Notes: generated by a model from the sequence alone, not told the origin. DNA of 64,000 nt from Haplodiscus bocki (GCA_965655095.1 OZ296648.1:154194001-154258000); one strand, 5' to 3'. Counted from the first letter of the stretch, positions 11,281 through 23,769 are shown. Translations and numbers: made by a program.

Positions 11281-13267
11281 AATGAGCGAAGTTGCAGTAA
11301 CTTTGCCTCATAGATAAGTTCAATTGCGTCATTTAGGTGTCAAATCTATGACGTTTCATCCTGGATCCGGAGGATGAGTCTGCTCAGTTCTGCCCCCGAC
11401 AGAGAAAGCTACAGATGACACAACACTGATTGCGGCTACAGACAGGTTTCCTGCTGAAACCATAAAACTATGACTGTCATGCAATCAGTCACAGAGAAGC
11501 AAACTGATGAAAGAAAGCAAGTCTGTGGTGGGGGCGATATAGAAGGGTTGACTAAGCCTCACGAAAACTGTTTGTTGGCCAGTGGAAGCGAAGACAGAAG
11601 TGACGACGTGAATGACTTTTTCGAATACAAATCATGGTCCTTAAATGAGAGTAGACTTGCTGAGCTTGCTATCATGTCATCGAGAGACGTGGAGGATATC
11701 CCGGGAGCCCGAGTCTACTTACCCGACACATCTGTGGAGGAGCCGGATATGTCTGGTTTGCTTGTTATTGAGGAAGCGTTGCGCCAACGTTTGAGTGATG
11801 AAGCAGTAACGTCGACTTTATTGGAGAGTTGTGTTCCTATAAACAGCCAGAGGATGTCAAGCATGTTGGAAGAACATCCCCGAAATTTTGACGCAGCTAA
11901 CTTTTCACGAGTTACTTCTGAAGTGGGGGATGAGGAGAGCCTGTGGCGAAGCGCGTTGTTGTCGTTGAGGGTTTGTCTAGAAGGTTGCAAACTGAGAATG
12001 ATCCAACTAGCACTGATGTAGGCCTTTCTGAAATTGCATGTTTTTGGCGTGTAGTTGCAGCTGAAGGTAATCCCCCGGCAAATTGCCTTGTTGTGGAGCA
12101 AGTATAACAGCTTGTTTTTTGCGGTTCCTTTACTGGAGTTCTTGGAAATGTTAGTACTGAGCAAAGTCGATATTACGCTAGTCAGTCGGCCAAGACTTTA
12201 CTGAAGGAATTTTTTGAGCAAAATTCTCTTACTTTTCTGGATCCGATTCACACTAAATTAAGTCTGAGTGCTGATCAAAAGATTCAATTTGCGCTGCGTG
12301 TTAGCTTGTGGGTTGCATTGGCTGCATATGGCATGATGGAGGATGATCTGCTGAAAGCAGACGTCGGACACTCTACTGGTCTCCGACCTCATCGTGTTGG
12401 ATAGTCGCTTTTCCCCAGTTACATTAGTCCAACTATTCTTGAAAGGGTCGCTTCAAAGTCGTGTTTTGCGTTGCCGACCACTTTTGAGGTGAGTGAGCAG
12501 CCTTTTGCTGACGTTGGATATACGAGCGCAGTTAGTGTGCGTGGAAAATTGGAAAGTCATGGGCCGTCCAAGATTTTAAGCACAGAGAGTACAGTTGACC
12601 GAACGGAGCTTGAAGATTCGATGACTTTCGGTGAATTGAAAGCTAAACCCGTGTCAAAAAATAACAGTGTGAAGAAGAATGCGATTCGCTACTCTCGTGC
12701 CAGTTGTCCCAATCCAATTCCCGTAAGCAGTTCAGAAAAATGTGAATGAATTTCCACCGAAAGGATGCTCGAGCGGGCTCCATTTGCTAAACTTTTTGCC
12801 ACTAGACTAGGGGATCCATTGCAAAACATGCACTGTGTTTACTGTTTGCTGTGTAAAAAGAAAGTCAAGATGGCTTCCCGAGGAATCTCGGAGCCGAAAT
12901 CCGGGGTAAACACTATCTGTGGCTGAATAAGAGGTATCGAAGGCGATATTTCTTCACGGGTGTCCGCGGACGTGATGCCTCTATTTTGTGTGGCGAGAAA
13001 CGAGAAAAGGAGAAAAAGGTGTACATGGACTATGAGGTTCCTGAACTTGGATCTACACACCCCTTCTATTACAACGTTGTTGGGGGCAGTCCTTTTAACT
13101 TTAAATTGGAGAATAGCAAAGTTGGCATTCAAATTTAACTGAGTATGACCTTCTGGAAAAAAGGTGGCAAATTGTGGGGTTTGGGGGACTATTGGACTCA
13201 AGTTGGCGTTGTAACCAGACATTCTGCTGCTGTTTCTGATTTTAGTTGGAGCCCCGAGCGAAGCAGT

Positions 13268-13392
13268 GTCAGTTGATTTTTGTTTCGTATGACTTTTGAT
13301 CTGGTTCCTTGCCCTTTATAAAACCTGTGATTTGGATCGGGCTGTTTTACGGCCGTTGATGAGTTTTCGATTGAATCTATGTTTTGTTGCAG
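13268..13392 (+). other. Putative spliceosomal intron 1 of the antisense gene (125 bp, phase 0)
   Basis: AGT|GTCAGT donor, T-rich body, GTTTTGTTGCAG acceptor; removal joins ...DFSWSPERSS to GFFHHCFINL... in the frame of ORF 13546-13848. Confidence 0.6.
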
Positions 13393-14034
13393 GGTTTTTT
13401 TCACCATTGTTTTATCAACCTGAGAAGTCACATACAGAAAATGTTGGAACAGAGTAAGTTGTCTTCTCTGGAGTTTCGTTTCCGTTGAAAATGTAGGACA
13501 AGGTCCATTCGTTTCTGAGAGGGTGTTCATCTGGTTGACGTTGAATTGTGCAGCATACCTGAAGACGTTCCTGTGGTAAAAGGCGAGTCGAATTTTTTTT
13601 TCTTCGCAGTTTGCTGTTGGCACTGGTCCCCAATTAATATCCTGTGGGGGTTGTATTGCCGATGTCCTGAAAGCCTTGTATCAAAATCCAGATCGACAAC
13701 CAGTTGTCCGTTTTCTTTGGAATCAATTGAGTTTCGGAAGGTGATGTACGAGCCGAGTTATAATGAGCTGGGTGGCGTCGACGTGTTTGTTTGTTTCAAA
13801 CGCTGGTTTCAACCTACCAGCTGCCTTCGTATCATTGGTGTTAAGTGACCTCTCAGTGCCTTTGTTATAATTTTTGGTTTATTCAATGATGCTTTACTAG
13901 GCTGTTGAAGAACAAACACTGGAGGTGTGCAACGTGTAACTGTGACTTGACTGTAGAAGATCTAGTGGGTGCGTGTGAAAGTGCATTTGGAGGCTACTGC
14001 TCCTCGTGCGGAATTTGAGAAGACGACTGGCAAG

Positions 14035-14106
14035 GTTGTTTTTATTGTATTGTAATTTAAAGAAGTAGTTCGTTTCGGTTTTGTGATGGTTGTTTTGCTT
14101 TTGTAG
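14035..14106 (+). other. Putative spliceosomal intron 2 of the antisense gene (72 bp, phase 0)
   Basis: AAG|GTTGTT donor, very T-rich, TTTTGCTTTTGTAG acceptor, contains an in-frame TAA; removal joins ...EFEKTTGK to GYLINGYILED... Confidence 0.6.
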
Positions 14107-15279
14107 GGCTATTTAATTAATGGGTACATTCTGGAAGATGAGTTCTCTGTGGCAAGGCTTGATTTATTTCAAAACTTGACGCGAGATTACCAAGAAAGTT
14201 TGCCCAGATGAAAGAGTAAAGACGCGATGAGCAGTTTCTGCTCTATGGCCAGATTGTCATGTTCTCGCACCGGCTTCTACGGCGGTTTTTACAACGTTCC
14301 ACTCTGAATAAGGAGAACGATTGCGATTCCTTGAAGGGCCGTAATTTTACGGGCGAAGACGCTCTGATTGATGAAAATTTTATGAACAAAACCAGGCTTT
14401 GAAAAGGCCAAAATGCTGTCAAAGGCCAAACTCACGTCAAGAGGAGTATAAAGAAAAATGGTGGGTGCCGAGGAGCAGCAGTTGCACTGGTTGACCAAAA
14501 ACACAATCCTGTTGTCAATGTTTGTCGTGAATTTTTTGGACACTTGTGTTTTGGGTTACTATCCCATAATACATGGAAATCAGACCTTGCCGTGGCATTG
14601 GCCAAGTTTGGTGACGCCGTTCTGTGCATTTTGCCAAAATCGCACACTTTACAGTGTTTTAAACAGTTGTTTAAAAGCTTCGGTGATAAAAGAAGCGGGG
14701 ACAAAGACGTGCAGCGTAGTTTTAAAGACTGTTATGTGGAGTTCGTGGATGATTTGCGGTACGTCTATATTGTTGATAGTGGAAGAGGTCCTTCAGTGGA
14801 GAACATGATGGCTTTTCTTAGTCGTTCCCCTGAGTTGGAACAACGTCGCCACACCAAAACTCCGTTCGAGATGTGTTGCTTGTGCCTTAGTCTTTGGAGT
14901 ATTGATGTGCCTCATGTTGGTCTTGGGTCTGCATGCCTAAATGTGGTCACTCCTAATTCATCGTACAAATTTCGCCCAATGCAGTTTTAAGTTTTACCTG
15001 CTGTCATTGAGCTGATGTTGCTCGTTTTTGCATAGTGGAGAGTCAGTGGGCCGGTACTATATGTTACTATTGTCTTTTGGTGGGACTTCGTTGATGCCAA
15101 ATTACGATCCTTTGGGTTTTTTGGATTTCCACAAAAAGGAGTCAATTTGTGCTGCTCTAGCTCAGCTGTCAGAGAGCGTTCGTGGAGAGAGTGGTCAACT
15201 TGTTTCCAGTGCTGGGCTGACTACAGTTGTTTATATAGTAGATTTGTTTCTGTGAACAGAATTCGGATGATCTGTGTTT

Positions 15280-18200
15280 TTAGTAACGGTAGATATCAGA
15301 AAAATGAGGGTTCTGTTTAGGGCGTAAGTTGTAATTTTCACCTCTTGTTTTCTTGCCATCCTGTAAATATTCTGCTTTTGATGCAGATGGCGTGTTGCTC
15401 GTGTCTTTGTGTCTAGGACGGGATTTTGTGAGGTCAATTTGTATCTGGTCGTTTGTTGTGTGACTTTCAGTTGTTAGTTCAGAAATTTCATCCGTAACCG
15501 TGCTCTGACCTACGTCTCGGAAAGTTGGACAGTCAACGATTGCGTCAACAAAATGATTTTGAGTGTCATCGTAAATTTGATAGCTAGTGTCATTAGGAAT
15601 GACATTTCTGCCAACTCTGTTCAAATCAATCACATTAGGAACTTGATAGGGATTCGGATTATCAAATTTTGGCTCAAATTCGATTTCCCATGCCATGTTT
15701 CATAACTCTTCTTGGCTTTAATTATGTTTGCGTCGCGCTGAAGTTTTCCATGCTGTTAGGAATCTTCATGCGGTTTATCGATACTGTTTTTCCGTAGTCT
15801 AATTTGGTTTCAGAAATTAGTTTTGTTGGTGTTAAGTCGTCGGACTACATATGTTTCGTTGACAATGCTTCTTCAACTATGACAAGACCGATCCATCAAA
15901 AGTCCCGGAATGGGCACTTTGATCCGTAGTGGCCTGCTATGAGTAGGAGAATGTAACAATAGTCCCTCATTGGACTGGTCAAGCCCTTGTTCTCTTTTCA
16001 AAGTAATTTTTGTATTTAGCATATGACTGTATGATGTTCTTTTTGGTTTTGTCATAAAAGATTTGTGTTCTTCTTCTGAGTAGTTCGTTGGCAAAGTCTG
16101 TAGTCTCTGTGAGGTTAGAACCAATATTGAGCACTCAGTTTTGGTCAAGTATGTTGTTAGACATTCTGCCGTGGAATACTCTAATTGGCTCACATCCCGG
16201 AATTTTGTGGTATGATGTGTTGTAGTTTAGAAGTGCTGAAGATGGGTATCTTTTCCCTTGTTTTCGATATTCTCCTGCTGCAATTTTCAATGAGGTTTTT
16301 TTCATTGTGGCATGTGTTCTTTCTAGATTTTCCCTCGTTTGTGCATGTCTAGTAGTTTCGTCTTTCAACGTTATGCCCGGTTCTGCTGCTACCGCGCTAA
16401 TGACCTGAGAAATGAAAACTGATCCCTTGTCTGTGATAATTAGTTAAGGTAGGTATGCGGGACTTGTTATGATTTCTATTTTGACTTTCGCTGTGTTCAC
16501 TGCCGTGGTGTTTGACAATGGGTATGTAAAAGCGTACAAAGAGCATACGTCTTTGCCTGTGATAATAAATTCGTAACTTCTGCTTACTGTTTTTTCTGTA
16601 AGTATTTGTATATGCATGGCATCTTCACGCTCATGTCCACATCGGTGACGTTGAGTAGTTCAAGTTGATTCGTTTGTCTTTAATGCAAGCTTCACATTGT
16701 TGTAGCCAACTTCGTACCATTTTGGCAAATTATGGCAAGTAGTATTTGCGTCGCACTTCTTGCATCAATTGGAAGATGCCCGGATTTTTGTTGAATTTTT
16801 CACGCAAAAATTTCAAGTGTGCGATAGGCAGTGGTACAGGTAATAAAACCTCCAGGTGATCGATGTCGTTTATTTCGTTGTAGTTTTGTCTTTACATTAT
16901 GTCACTTCTGAGAAAGATGCGTTTCTTAGTTCTGGAGTAGTGCATGTAAAATGCATAGTCTATTAGCACTTGGTCAACAGTAGGTAGTCGGAGGATTTCT
17001 CGCTCAATATTCAGAAGATTAGAGTTAGAATATTGTTCAATGTGTATTCTTGACAGTTTGTGAAAACGCACCATAAATATGATTGAAGGTTCTTCGTGTA
17101 GGTCAAGGTGGTAGTAGGAAGCGATCGTTATGATCGCCAGTTGACTGTGCGTGATGTTTGTTATTCCAGGAAAACGTGCCGTTACAAAGTTGAATAGTAG
17201 CACAAAGTCACATGCATTCCATATTGGTGGTGGTATCATTTTTGTCTGGAAGAATCATGTAACTGATTTGTTGTCAGTCATGTTTATGATAGGTTTTGTA
17301 GCACCTGAGAAACTATGCCCCAAAATCTTAAGTGCTATATAGATAGCTAAGACTTTTTAAGCGCAAAAGGGCAGTTTGATCAGGGACGAGATGAATGTAT
17401 TTGACCCGAGTGCGATTGGTGCGTAGCTTTTCCTATTCGATGTGTTCCTTTGATTGGTATTGTCCCCAATTAGATCCAGTTGCTTGGAAGCAAGCATTAG
17501 TTTTAAGTAGTACTTATTTGTTCGGAAGTGGTTATCGAAGGGCAAGTTGGCAACATGTGTCCAATGTGTCATTCAAGCTGCGGAATTCGTCCAGGAGTTC
17601 TGGGGTGATGTTGATTTTGTTTTTAGCACCAGTTGATTTCAACAAGTGTAAAAATGGTGTTGGTTTCTCAACTGGTCTGAGTATAAAGTTTTTGTGATAA
17701 TTTTGGAACCCGATATATCTTTGTCGTGCTTTTTTGGATCATGGAACTTGACTTTTTCTAGTTACTTTGAAATTGTGCTTTTTGTGGTTTAACTCCATAT
17801 GGTGTTTTGGTTCTGCCAAGGAAATCAACTTGTTTCACTCCCAAATGGCGTTCTGCCATAGTTGATTTCAATCCAGTTTTTTTGGATGCATGCAGAGACT
17901 GCTTTGAGTTTCTTGACTATTTGTTAAGGGTCATTTGTTGCGATACCGATGTGGTCGACGTATTCCGCGCGCAGACCCGCTTTTAGGACGCGATCGATAT
18001 CTCGGGCAAAACTGGAAAATGTTGGAAAAGCTCTGCTGAGCCCTTGGTCTAGCCTACTATGTGCGAAAGTTTGATATGCGAGATTGAATGCTGTCAATTC
18101 TACTGATCTTTGGTTGGCCATTTGTAGACAGTGCCACGCCTGCGAAGAGTCCAGTTTGCAAAAGGGTTTTTTTAGCAGCCATGTGTTGTGCAGCATCTAC

Positions 18201-19560
18201 GAATGTACTGACAGAATGAATATTGTTCTTGTAGTCGTCAGATATGAGGTTGTTGTTATCTCTCAGGTCAACCAGCAATCGAAATTTACCATTGGGTTTT
18301 TGTTGTGCGAAGGCAGGGTTAGCTTGTTTGCTGACTGGCAGCGTTGTGATGATACCACTTTTGTGTAGTAGCGCTAGTTCCACAAGTATGTCCTCCTTGA
18401 AGTATGGTTGAGCTAGAAGGCTTGGCTTTATGCTGCTCTTCCCTCTATGGGCGTCAGTTTAACTTTGATGTCCTTGTTGATGCCAATGTCAAACTTATGC
18501 TTGGCGAAAGTGTCGTTGAATTGGACCAGAAAGTCCTTTATGGACGTTTTCGTTTGTTAATCAAGTGCCAAATCTGTCCGATTGAAAATAGGCGAGAAAT
18601 GGTTGCGTGAACTTTGGTTTGCTTGAGGTGCAAGTTTCTCTAGTTCTTCCAAAGCGTTCAATTCCGTGAGGATACGCTTTTGTTTAGATGTGCGGTCGCT
18701 TGGGTTGCCTGAATTTTGCAGTTTAGAGAGCCAATAAGTCTCGGCACTGTTACATGACCTAGTATTTCCAACAAGCTGTTCACATTTTGTAACGCCTCAA
18801 AAAGACTTTTATGCAGCATTTGTCTGTTGGGTGCTGGATCGGTTGACTGTATACATTTCATTTGTTCGGGCGAAATTATTGAAAAATTTGTTATTCGGGT
18901 TAATCTTTCAAATGTCCAAGGCTGTTTCTGTAAGTTGTTGATTTGTACCAAACATTGGTGGTTTTTGGTAGTAACTATGGCGGGACAAACTTTGTGTTCG
19001 TCGTTATTTTCAAGATGTTGTGATGTTTGCAATATTCTGACCACCCAATTTTCTGTATATAACTGTGGTTTAACACATTGTACGGTTTGCTTAACGTGCT
19101 GGATTACAATTCCGTGTTATTTAAACAGAATTTCAATGACGTTTGGGTAGGAGTTGTTGGCATCTTTGAGTTGCACGGGGAAAAGATGTGAAGTTAAGAA
19201 TTCTTGTCATAAATCAAATACAACGCCATTGCGTTGTAAAAACAAAAGTCCCAAAATTGGATGTGTTAAATTGGCCATGACCATGATTCGTTTTAAAAAC
19301 TTCATGTCACCCATTTCAATTTTCAATTCTGTTGTTGCAATAGGTGTCTCTCGTTGTCCGCTGGCCGCCAAATTGTGAAAATCTGGCGGTGGGTTTTTGT
19401 TCAGGAGTTTCTGGGGGCTGAATATTTGAATATTTCTAACTCGGCTTCTGAGATGTTGCCCAAAAAAGCACCTGTGTTGATTGGGCCGTCAATTGTCGGG
19501 TTCCCAAAATCCTTAACAAATATGACATTTTTCCCATTGTTTTTAAAGTGAAGCTTTGTC
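15280..19560 (-). pseudogene. pol: Gypsy-1 pol (aspartic protease, dUTPase-like, RT, RNase H, integrase), frameshifted
   Basis: PR DGPINTGA (~19470-19490); RT ...AFAQQKPNGKFRLLVDLR..., FCKLDSSQAWH, EYVDHIGIA (YVDD variant, ~17950-17965); RH KSYAPIALGS and WNACDFVL; IN region 16000-16850; C-terminal tail NYNLRP...IYRY ending at 15280. Confidence 0.92.
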
Positions 19561-19749
19561 GAGAGTGGTTGCATTTTGATTTTCTTATCAGGGGTTGATT
19601 TTAGTTGTAGTGACTCCTTTGTCTATAACCGGTTGCTGTTTAGCTTTGTTTGGATGAAAGAATGCTGTGAATTGGTGATATATCAGTCAACTGAGGGTTC
19701 ACCGTCCATGAGTCCAATAAAGTGTATCGTAGCTTGTCTGACACGTAGG

Positions 19750-21672
19750 AGTCGGTAATTATTTCGTCGCCCCCAATTTGTTCTATTGGTTTTTGTACTG
19801 ATAACGACTAAATTGTTCTGAGGAAATATGTTGTCTTTCCGTAATGAATCAAGTCCTTATTGGGGTCTAAGAAGTTTCTGTAATGGTCTGCATTTGTGGT
19901 AATGGTCTAAATGAGCAGTCAAAATCTTGTGTATAGTCGGTTTGATTTTGGAGTAAAAATTTATGTATTGCATGCATTTTATTGTTATTGTATGGAAAAT
20001 TCTTGACTGTTTCTATTTGTTGCTGCCACACAGTAGATGGGTATCCGTTACAAGTGTTCTGTTGGCTTTCTTAGTAGTTATTGGTATGGCCTTTTATGAT
20101 GCAGCGTCTTGCCGAAGTTACAATTACCATTGGAGTCGTGGCTTTGTTAGTGTAAAGGGTTTTTGAATATTGACTATGGTGGGTCTAGTGTAGAGGTGCC
20201 TTCTGTGGGGATCTCTTCATTGTCGCTGGTGGACGCGAGCTGTTTGTATTTCTGTGGTCTGCTGGTGGCGTTGGGACCGCTAAAACATTTTCCTGGTGGA
20301 TGAGTTCTCTTTTGACAAGGCGGACAAGAGGATTATACTTTGGGTATAGGGCCTTCCACATTCTGAGTGGGGTGTTGTTTTGTTGTTGTTCAATCCGTAT
20401 TCCCTTGCCGCAATCTTAATTGGATGGCCTAGTTTTTTAAAGTACAGGCATGTGGTCTGGGAAAAGTCAAACTTTTTTTCGTCGTCCCGACTTACCGTTA
20501 ATGTCATAGTAGGTATGGGGAGCCATCCGTCATTTTGAATGCCACTAGTTTGCAGTTCTTTCTCCAGATGGGCTACTATCTGGTCGTACGTACCATTTTC
20601 AAAGTATGCTGAATTAATTGAACTTTTCAAGTGTGGTGGCATTTTGGCATATAGGAAACTGTCTTTCGCTCGCTAAGCGTTGTGACCAAGTGCTCGTTCT
20701 GATTATTTGTTTAGCTCATGTACGATGTCTGAGAATGACTTTTGTGTTTGGGTCACAGCTAATCTTGTGGTAATTGTGTTTATCAGTTGCACTCGATTCG
20801 AATGCAACGTATCTTCGTCGAAATACTACGAGTAAATCCTGAAGAGTTTTTTTTCAGGACGTAAGTATGTTACAGAATGTTTGTAAAGCCTCTTTTCTCA
20901 AGTGAGCGAGACAGTGATTGACTTTCATTGCCTCTGTCCTTTCTGGTTGATTTTTGAGCATTGTATGGATGAAGTCCTCAAATAGTTCAAATTTCTCATT
21001 TTTTCCATCAAACATTATTGTGTTGGTGGAAGCTAGCTTCAATATGGCAGATGTTTCGGGTCGTTGCTGGGACACAATAACACCAATTGCCTCGGCTTAT
21101 CTGTTAAATGGATTGTTATGATCCGTTGATGTCCGTTTGTGATTTTCAAATATTAGAGGTAAATTGGTGTTTCGTGACTGCTGTATATTCAGGTGTTGTG
21201 GTTGCATGGACTCACGTTGGGCTGGAATGCGCCCAGATAGAAACTCAAGAGTTTTTTTGAGGAGTTATTTCCAGTCACTGTGTGATGAGTGTGCGTTTGC
21301 AGGTTAGGTTGTCTTTCGTTGACATGACCAATGAACCACTTCCCTCTGCGGTACTTTTACCAGGAATCTTATCAATCCTATTTAAGTCTGAATGGGAGAC
21401 TATTCTATTAAAAACGTTCATTTGTGGTCTTTCGGTGTTTCCCGAAAGATCTCTTTGATCAGGATCTAACACATCACTACCAACCCCATGTCCAGACGAC
21501 ACATTGACTGACTTCATTGCAAGCTCTACTCTAGAAGTTACCAAAACTTCTACTGCAGTCAACGGTGAATAATGTACTCTAGTTTCGACCGTTGTTATCA
21601 CACTATCAACTTCACTTCGTACGCTACTTGCAACGTTTTCTCAATTGTGTATTTATCCACATGTGAACAGCA
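19750..21672 (-). pseudogene. gag: Gypsy-1 gag (capsid + zinc knuckle), frameshifted
   Basis: MFDGKNEKFELFEDFIHTMLK...HLRKEALQTF (20854-21075); MPPHLKSSINSAYFENGTYDQIVAHLEKEL...CLYFKKLGH (20280-20642). Confidence 0.85.
21263..21280 (-). other. Degenerate primer-binding-site position of Gypsy-1
   Basis: Immediately after the LTR end CATCACA the minus strand reads CAGTGACTGG..., plausibly a decayed TGGTGAC...; position only, primer tRNA not assignable. Confidence 0.3.
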
Positions 21673-22041
21673 GTCAACGCTAGCTCCTTTGACCGCCGAA
21701 AACTTCTGATCATCAAGCATCGCCATGATTGAACAGATTGATTTAAATAATTAACGAATGGGAAAAAGTAGCCCCAAAACTCATTTGTTTTCGTCCCAAC
21801 AGAGTATTTATATCTGTGATTGACTTCATTCTGACGTTTTCGTTCGTTGCATGGATCTACTATACATGTACATTAAAACAAAATAATTTTTTTACAAATC
21901 GTATTTAATAATGCTGTAAGTAATAGTTTTAACTGTCACTTCCGTCCGGGAGTACGGGCAGATATCTTCCGTGATTCTCGTTGTGGGCACTAACATGTGT
22001 CATGTCGTATAATTGTCCGTCGCAGGGGGCAGCTTGCGACA
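21281..22041 (-). repeat. 5' LTR of Gypsy-1 with ~1.19-kb internal deletion (761 bp)
   Basis: Homologous to 7684-8053 plus 9241-9608; junction ATGTGAACAGC|AGTCAA at 21671/21672. Confidence 0.9.
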
Positions 22042-22046
22042 GCACC

Positions 22047-23190
22047 CTTTGAGCAAATTTCTTTCCCGAGAGTTGATTTTGGTTTATCCCAGGGCCAACT
22101 TACGAATCATGGACTCTGCGCAAACACAGCAACGTAATCGCATTTTGAGATGCTTTTTCATCTCTCTATTGAAAGTGTTTCAATTTAGCATCGGAAAAGT
22201 TCCGCCATACTAAACAATTTGCCTCTATATCTCAGCCTGTCATGTGTGTTCTATTGGAAACTACCCGCAAAGTCAGTCACAGCCCCTAACACACCCAGTG
22301 CAAACTCCTGCAATTCTACTTGCATTTTTATTAGACCATGTTTTAGGGTCCATTTTTTGATCAGCCTGTCCACTTTGACGTTCTGGTCCAATTTTTTTGA
22401 TGGGGAATCCGACACGCAGGATACTTTGTTCAATGGAACCCCGGTGTTGTTTCATTCAAACGATCGTGGCTGGCTCTCTATGATGCTTTATGAAATCGTC
22501 ACGTTTGGTTCTCAATTTTCTTTCGACGGACAAAGGTCATGATTCCTCCTCAATTCCAAAAGAAGACTCAACTTTGGATATTTTCGCCTTAGGACGACTA
22601 GGAGGTTCATTTTCAATTTGGGACGTTGAAAAATTGGTCTCCGATCTCAATACAATGTCATTTCTTCTTTTTAATTGATCTGTCAAGGCTGTAGGTAGAC
22701 CTCATCGATTGGCAGGTTTTCAACGCTTGTTTGTGCTTCCAAAAGAGCCCATACTATAAACTCCAGCAATTGGATGAAGACGTTCGATTTGGTGGGAATT
22801 GGAGGACCAAAAGGTCATGGTGACCATACCTGGCATGAGTCCTTGGAAGTGTACATTGGAAGTTTTAGATAGTTGCAAAATGGTGGCAGTTTCGGGCAGC
22901 TTTAGTTGATCATCTAAAGAAGCGGCAATTTCCATGAACAAGTCAGGTACAAGTCAAGCCCTCCAACACTTCTAATTCAACTAATCAGGACAACGACAAT
23001 TTGTTTGTCACGAAGTTTCAAATATTGACGGCGTCTGACCAAGCATTTACACCATCATTAAAAGTGTCGGCATTAGATGCTTGGAAAACGTTGAGTGTGC
23101 AAAGCTTTGATGGTTGACTTTCACTCGTCATTAAATTTCCATTTTTGAGAGTATCGCACACCTTTATATTTGATTGCTTGGTTGCTTCGT
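22047..23190 (-). pseudogene. Probable 5' continuation of the gene interrupted by Gypsy-1
   Basis: Removing Gypsy-1 at the GCACC TSD joins 7683 to 22047; minus ORF fragments 22251-22433 and 22720-22941 have the same orientation. No diagnostic motif. Confidence 0.25.
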
Positions 23191-23192
23191 CG

Positions 23193-23431
23193 TGTTAGGA
23201 GGGTCTAACATGACCCATGTCACTTGACCTGAAAGCGATGAAATTCAATGATGTGACACCCCAGACATATTCGAGTGAACATTGACAAACAAAGAAGTCG
23301 TGAAATCTCATTGAAATACCCCAAACTTTCTCTTAAGCATTTGACAATTGAAGTATTCAATCTAATCACGTACTTTAATTTTCATCTAACAAATTTGGTA
23401 AACAATTTGACTCCTCCCTCTCATGCAAACA
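23193..23431 (+). repeat. Candidate 5' LTR of Gypsy-2 (TGTT...AACA)
   Basis: Inverted 4-bp termini, 5 nt upstream of a PBS-like sequence; no partner LTR to confirm. Confidence 0.35.
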
Positions 23432-23436
23432 GGAAG

Positions 23437-23456
23437 TGGCGTCGTCGCGAGAGGAT
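23437..23456 (+). other. PBS-like sequence TGGCGTCGTCGCGAGAGGAT (tRNA-Ser-like)
   Basis: Resembles the complement of a tRNA-Ser 3' end (TGGCG.AGTCGG.AGGAT pattern); upstream of the coding region. Confidence 0.5.
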
Positions 23457-23769
23457 AAAAATCCGGAGAGGAGGAAAACAAACCACCGAGAGGAGGACCA
23501 GTGCAGTTTGACCAGTTTCGTCATTTTAAATCTCTGAAGACACCAATTATAATCATGAGCAAAACTGCATTTTCCTCGAAGGTAGAGACCAAAGTAAAAA
23601 ATATAAAACTGATGGAAACTTATACAACATCTACCGAATCCAGCGCAACAAAGGTCAAAGTCGTAGCTTTTGCCAAAGTAAGGAACTCAACTTTTCTTTG
23701 ACAGAAACAGTGAAGTACAACCCTCAGACTCAAAATATCCAAAAAATGCCTCACACCGCAAAATCATAG

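Larger units (their letters stand above)
11282..15255 (+). pseudogene. Antisense, intron-containing gene in Gypsy-1: acidic N-terminus + CxxC zinc finger + hAT-transposase-like region
   Basis: Plus-strand ORF chain 11470-12021, 12471-12749, 13546-13848, 14544-14990, 15028-15255. Zn finger HCVYCLLCKKKVKMASRGISE...HYL at ~12830-12920. LEQSKLSSLEF...IRF*EG...VDVEL (13440-13550) and WVRVKVHLEA / RLDLFQNL resemble hAT core elements. Two GT-AG introns restore the frame. Confidence 0.65.
7684..22041 (-). mobile_element. Full-length Ty3/Gypsy LTR retrotransposon (Gypsy-1), 14,358 bp, degenerate
   Basis: Paired LTRs with TGT...ACA ends; perfect 5-bp TSD GCACC at 7679-7683 and 22042-22046; gag-PR-RT-RH-IN order on the minus strand. 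Confidence 0.95.
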
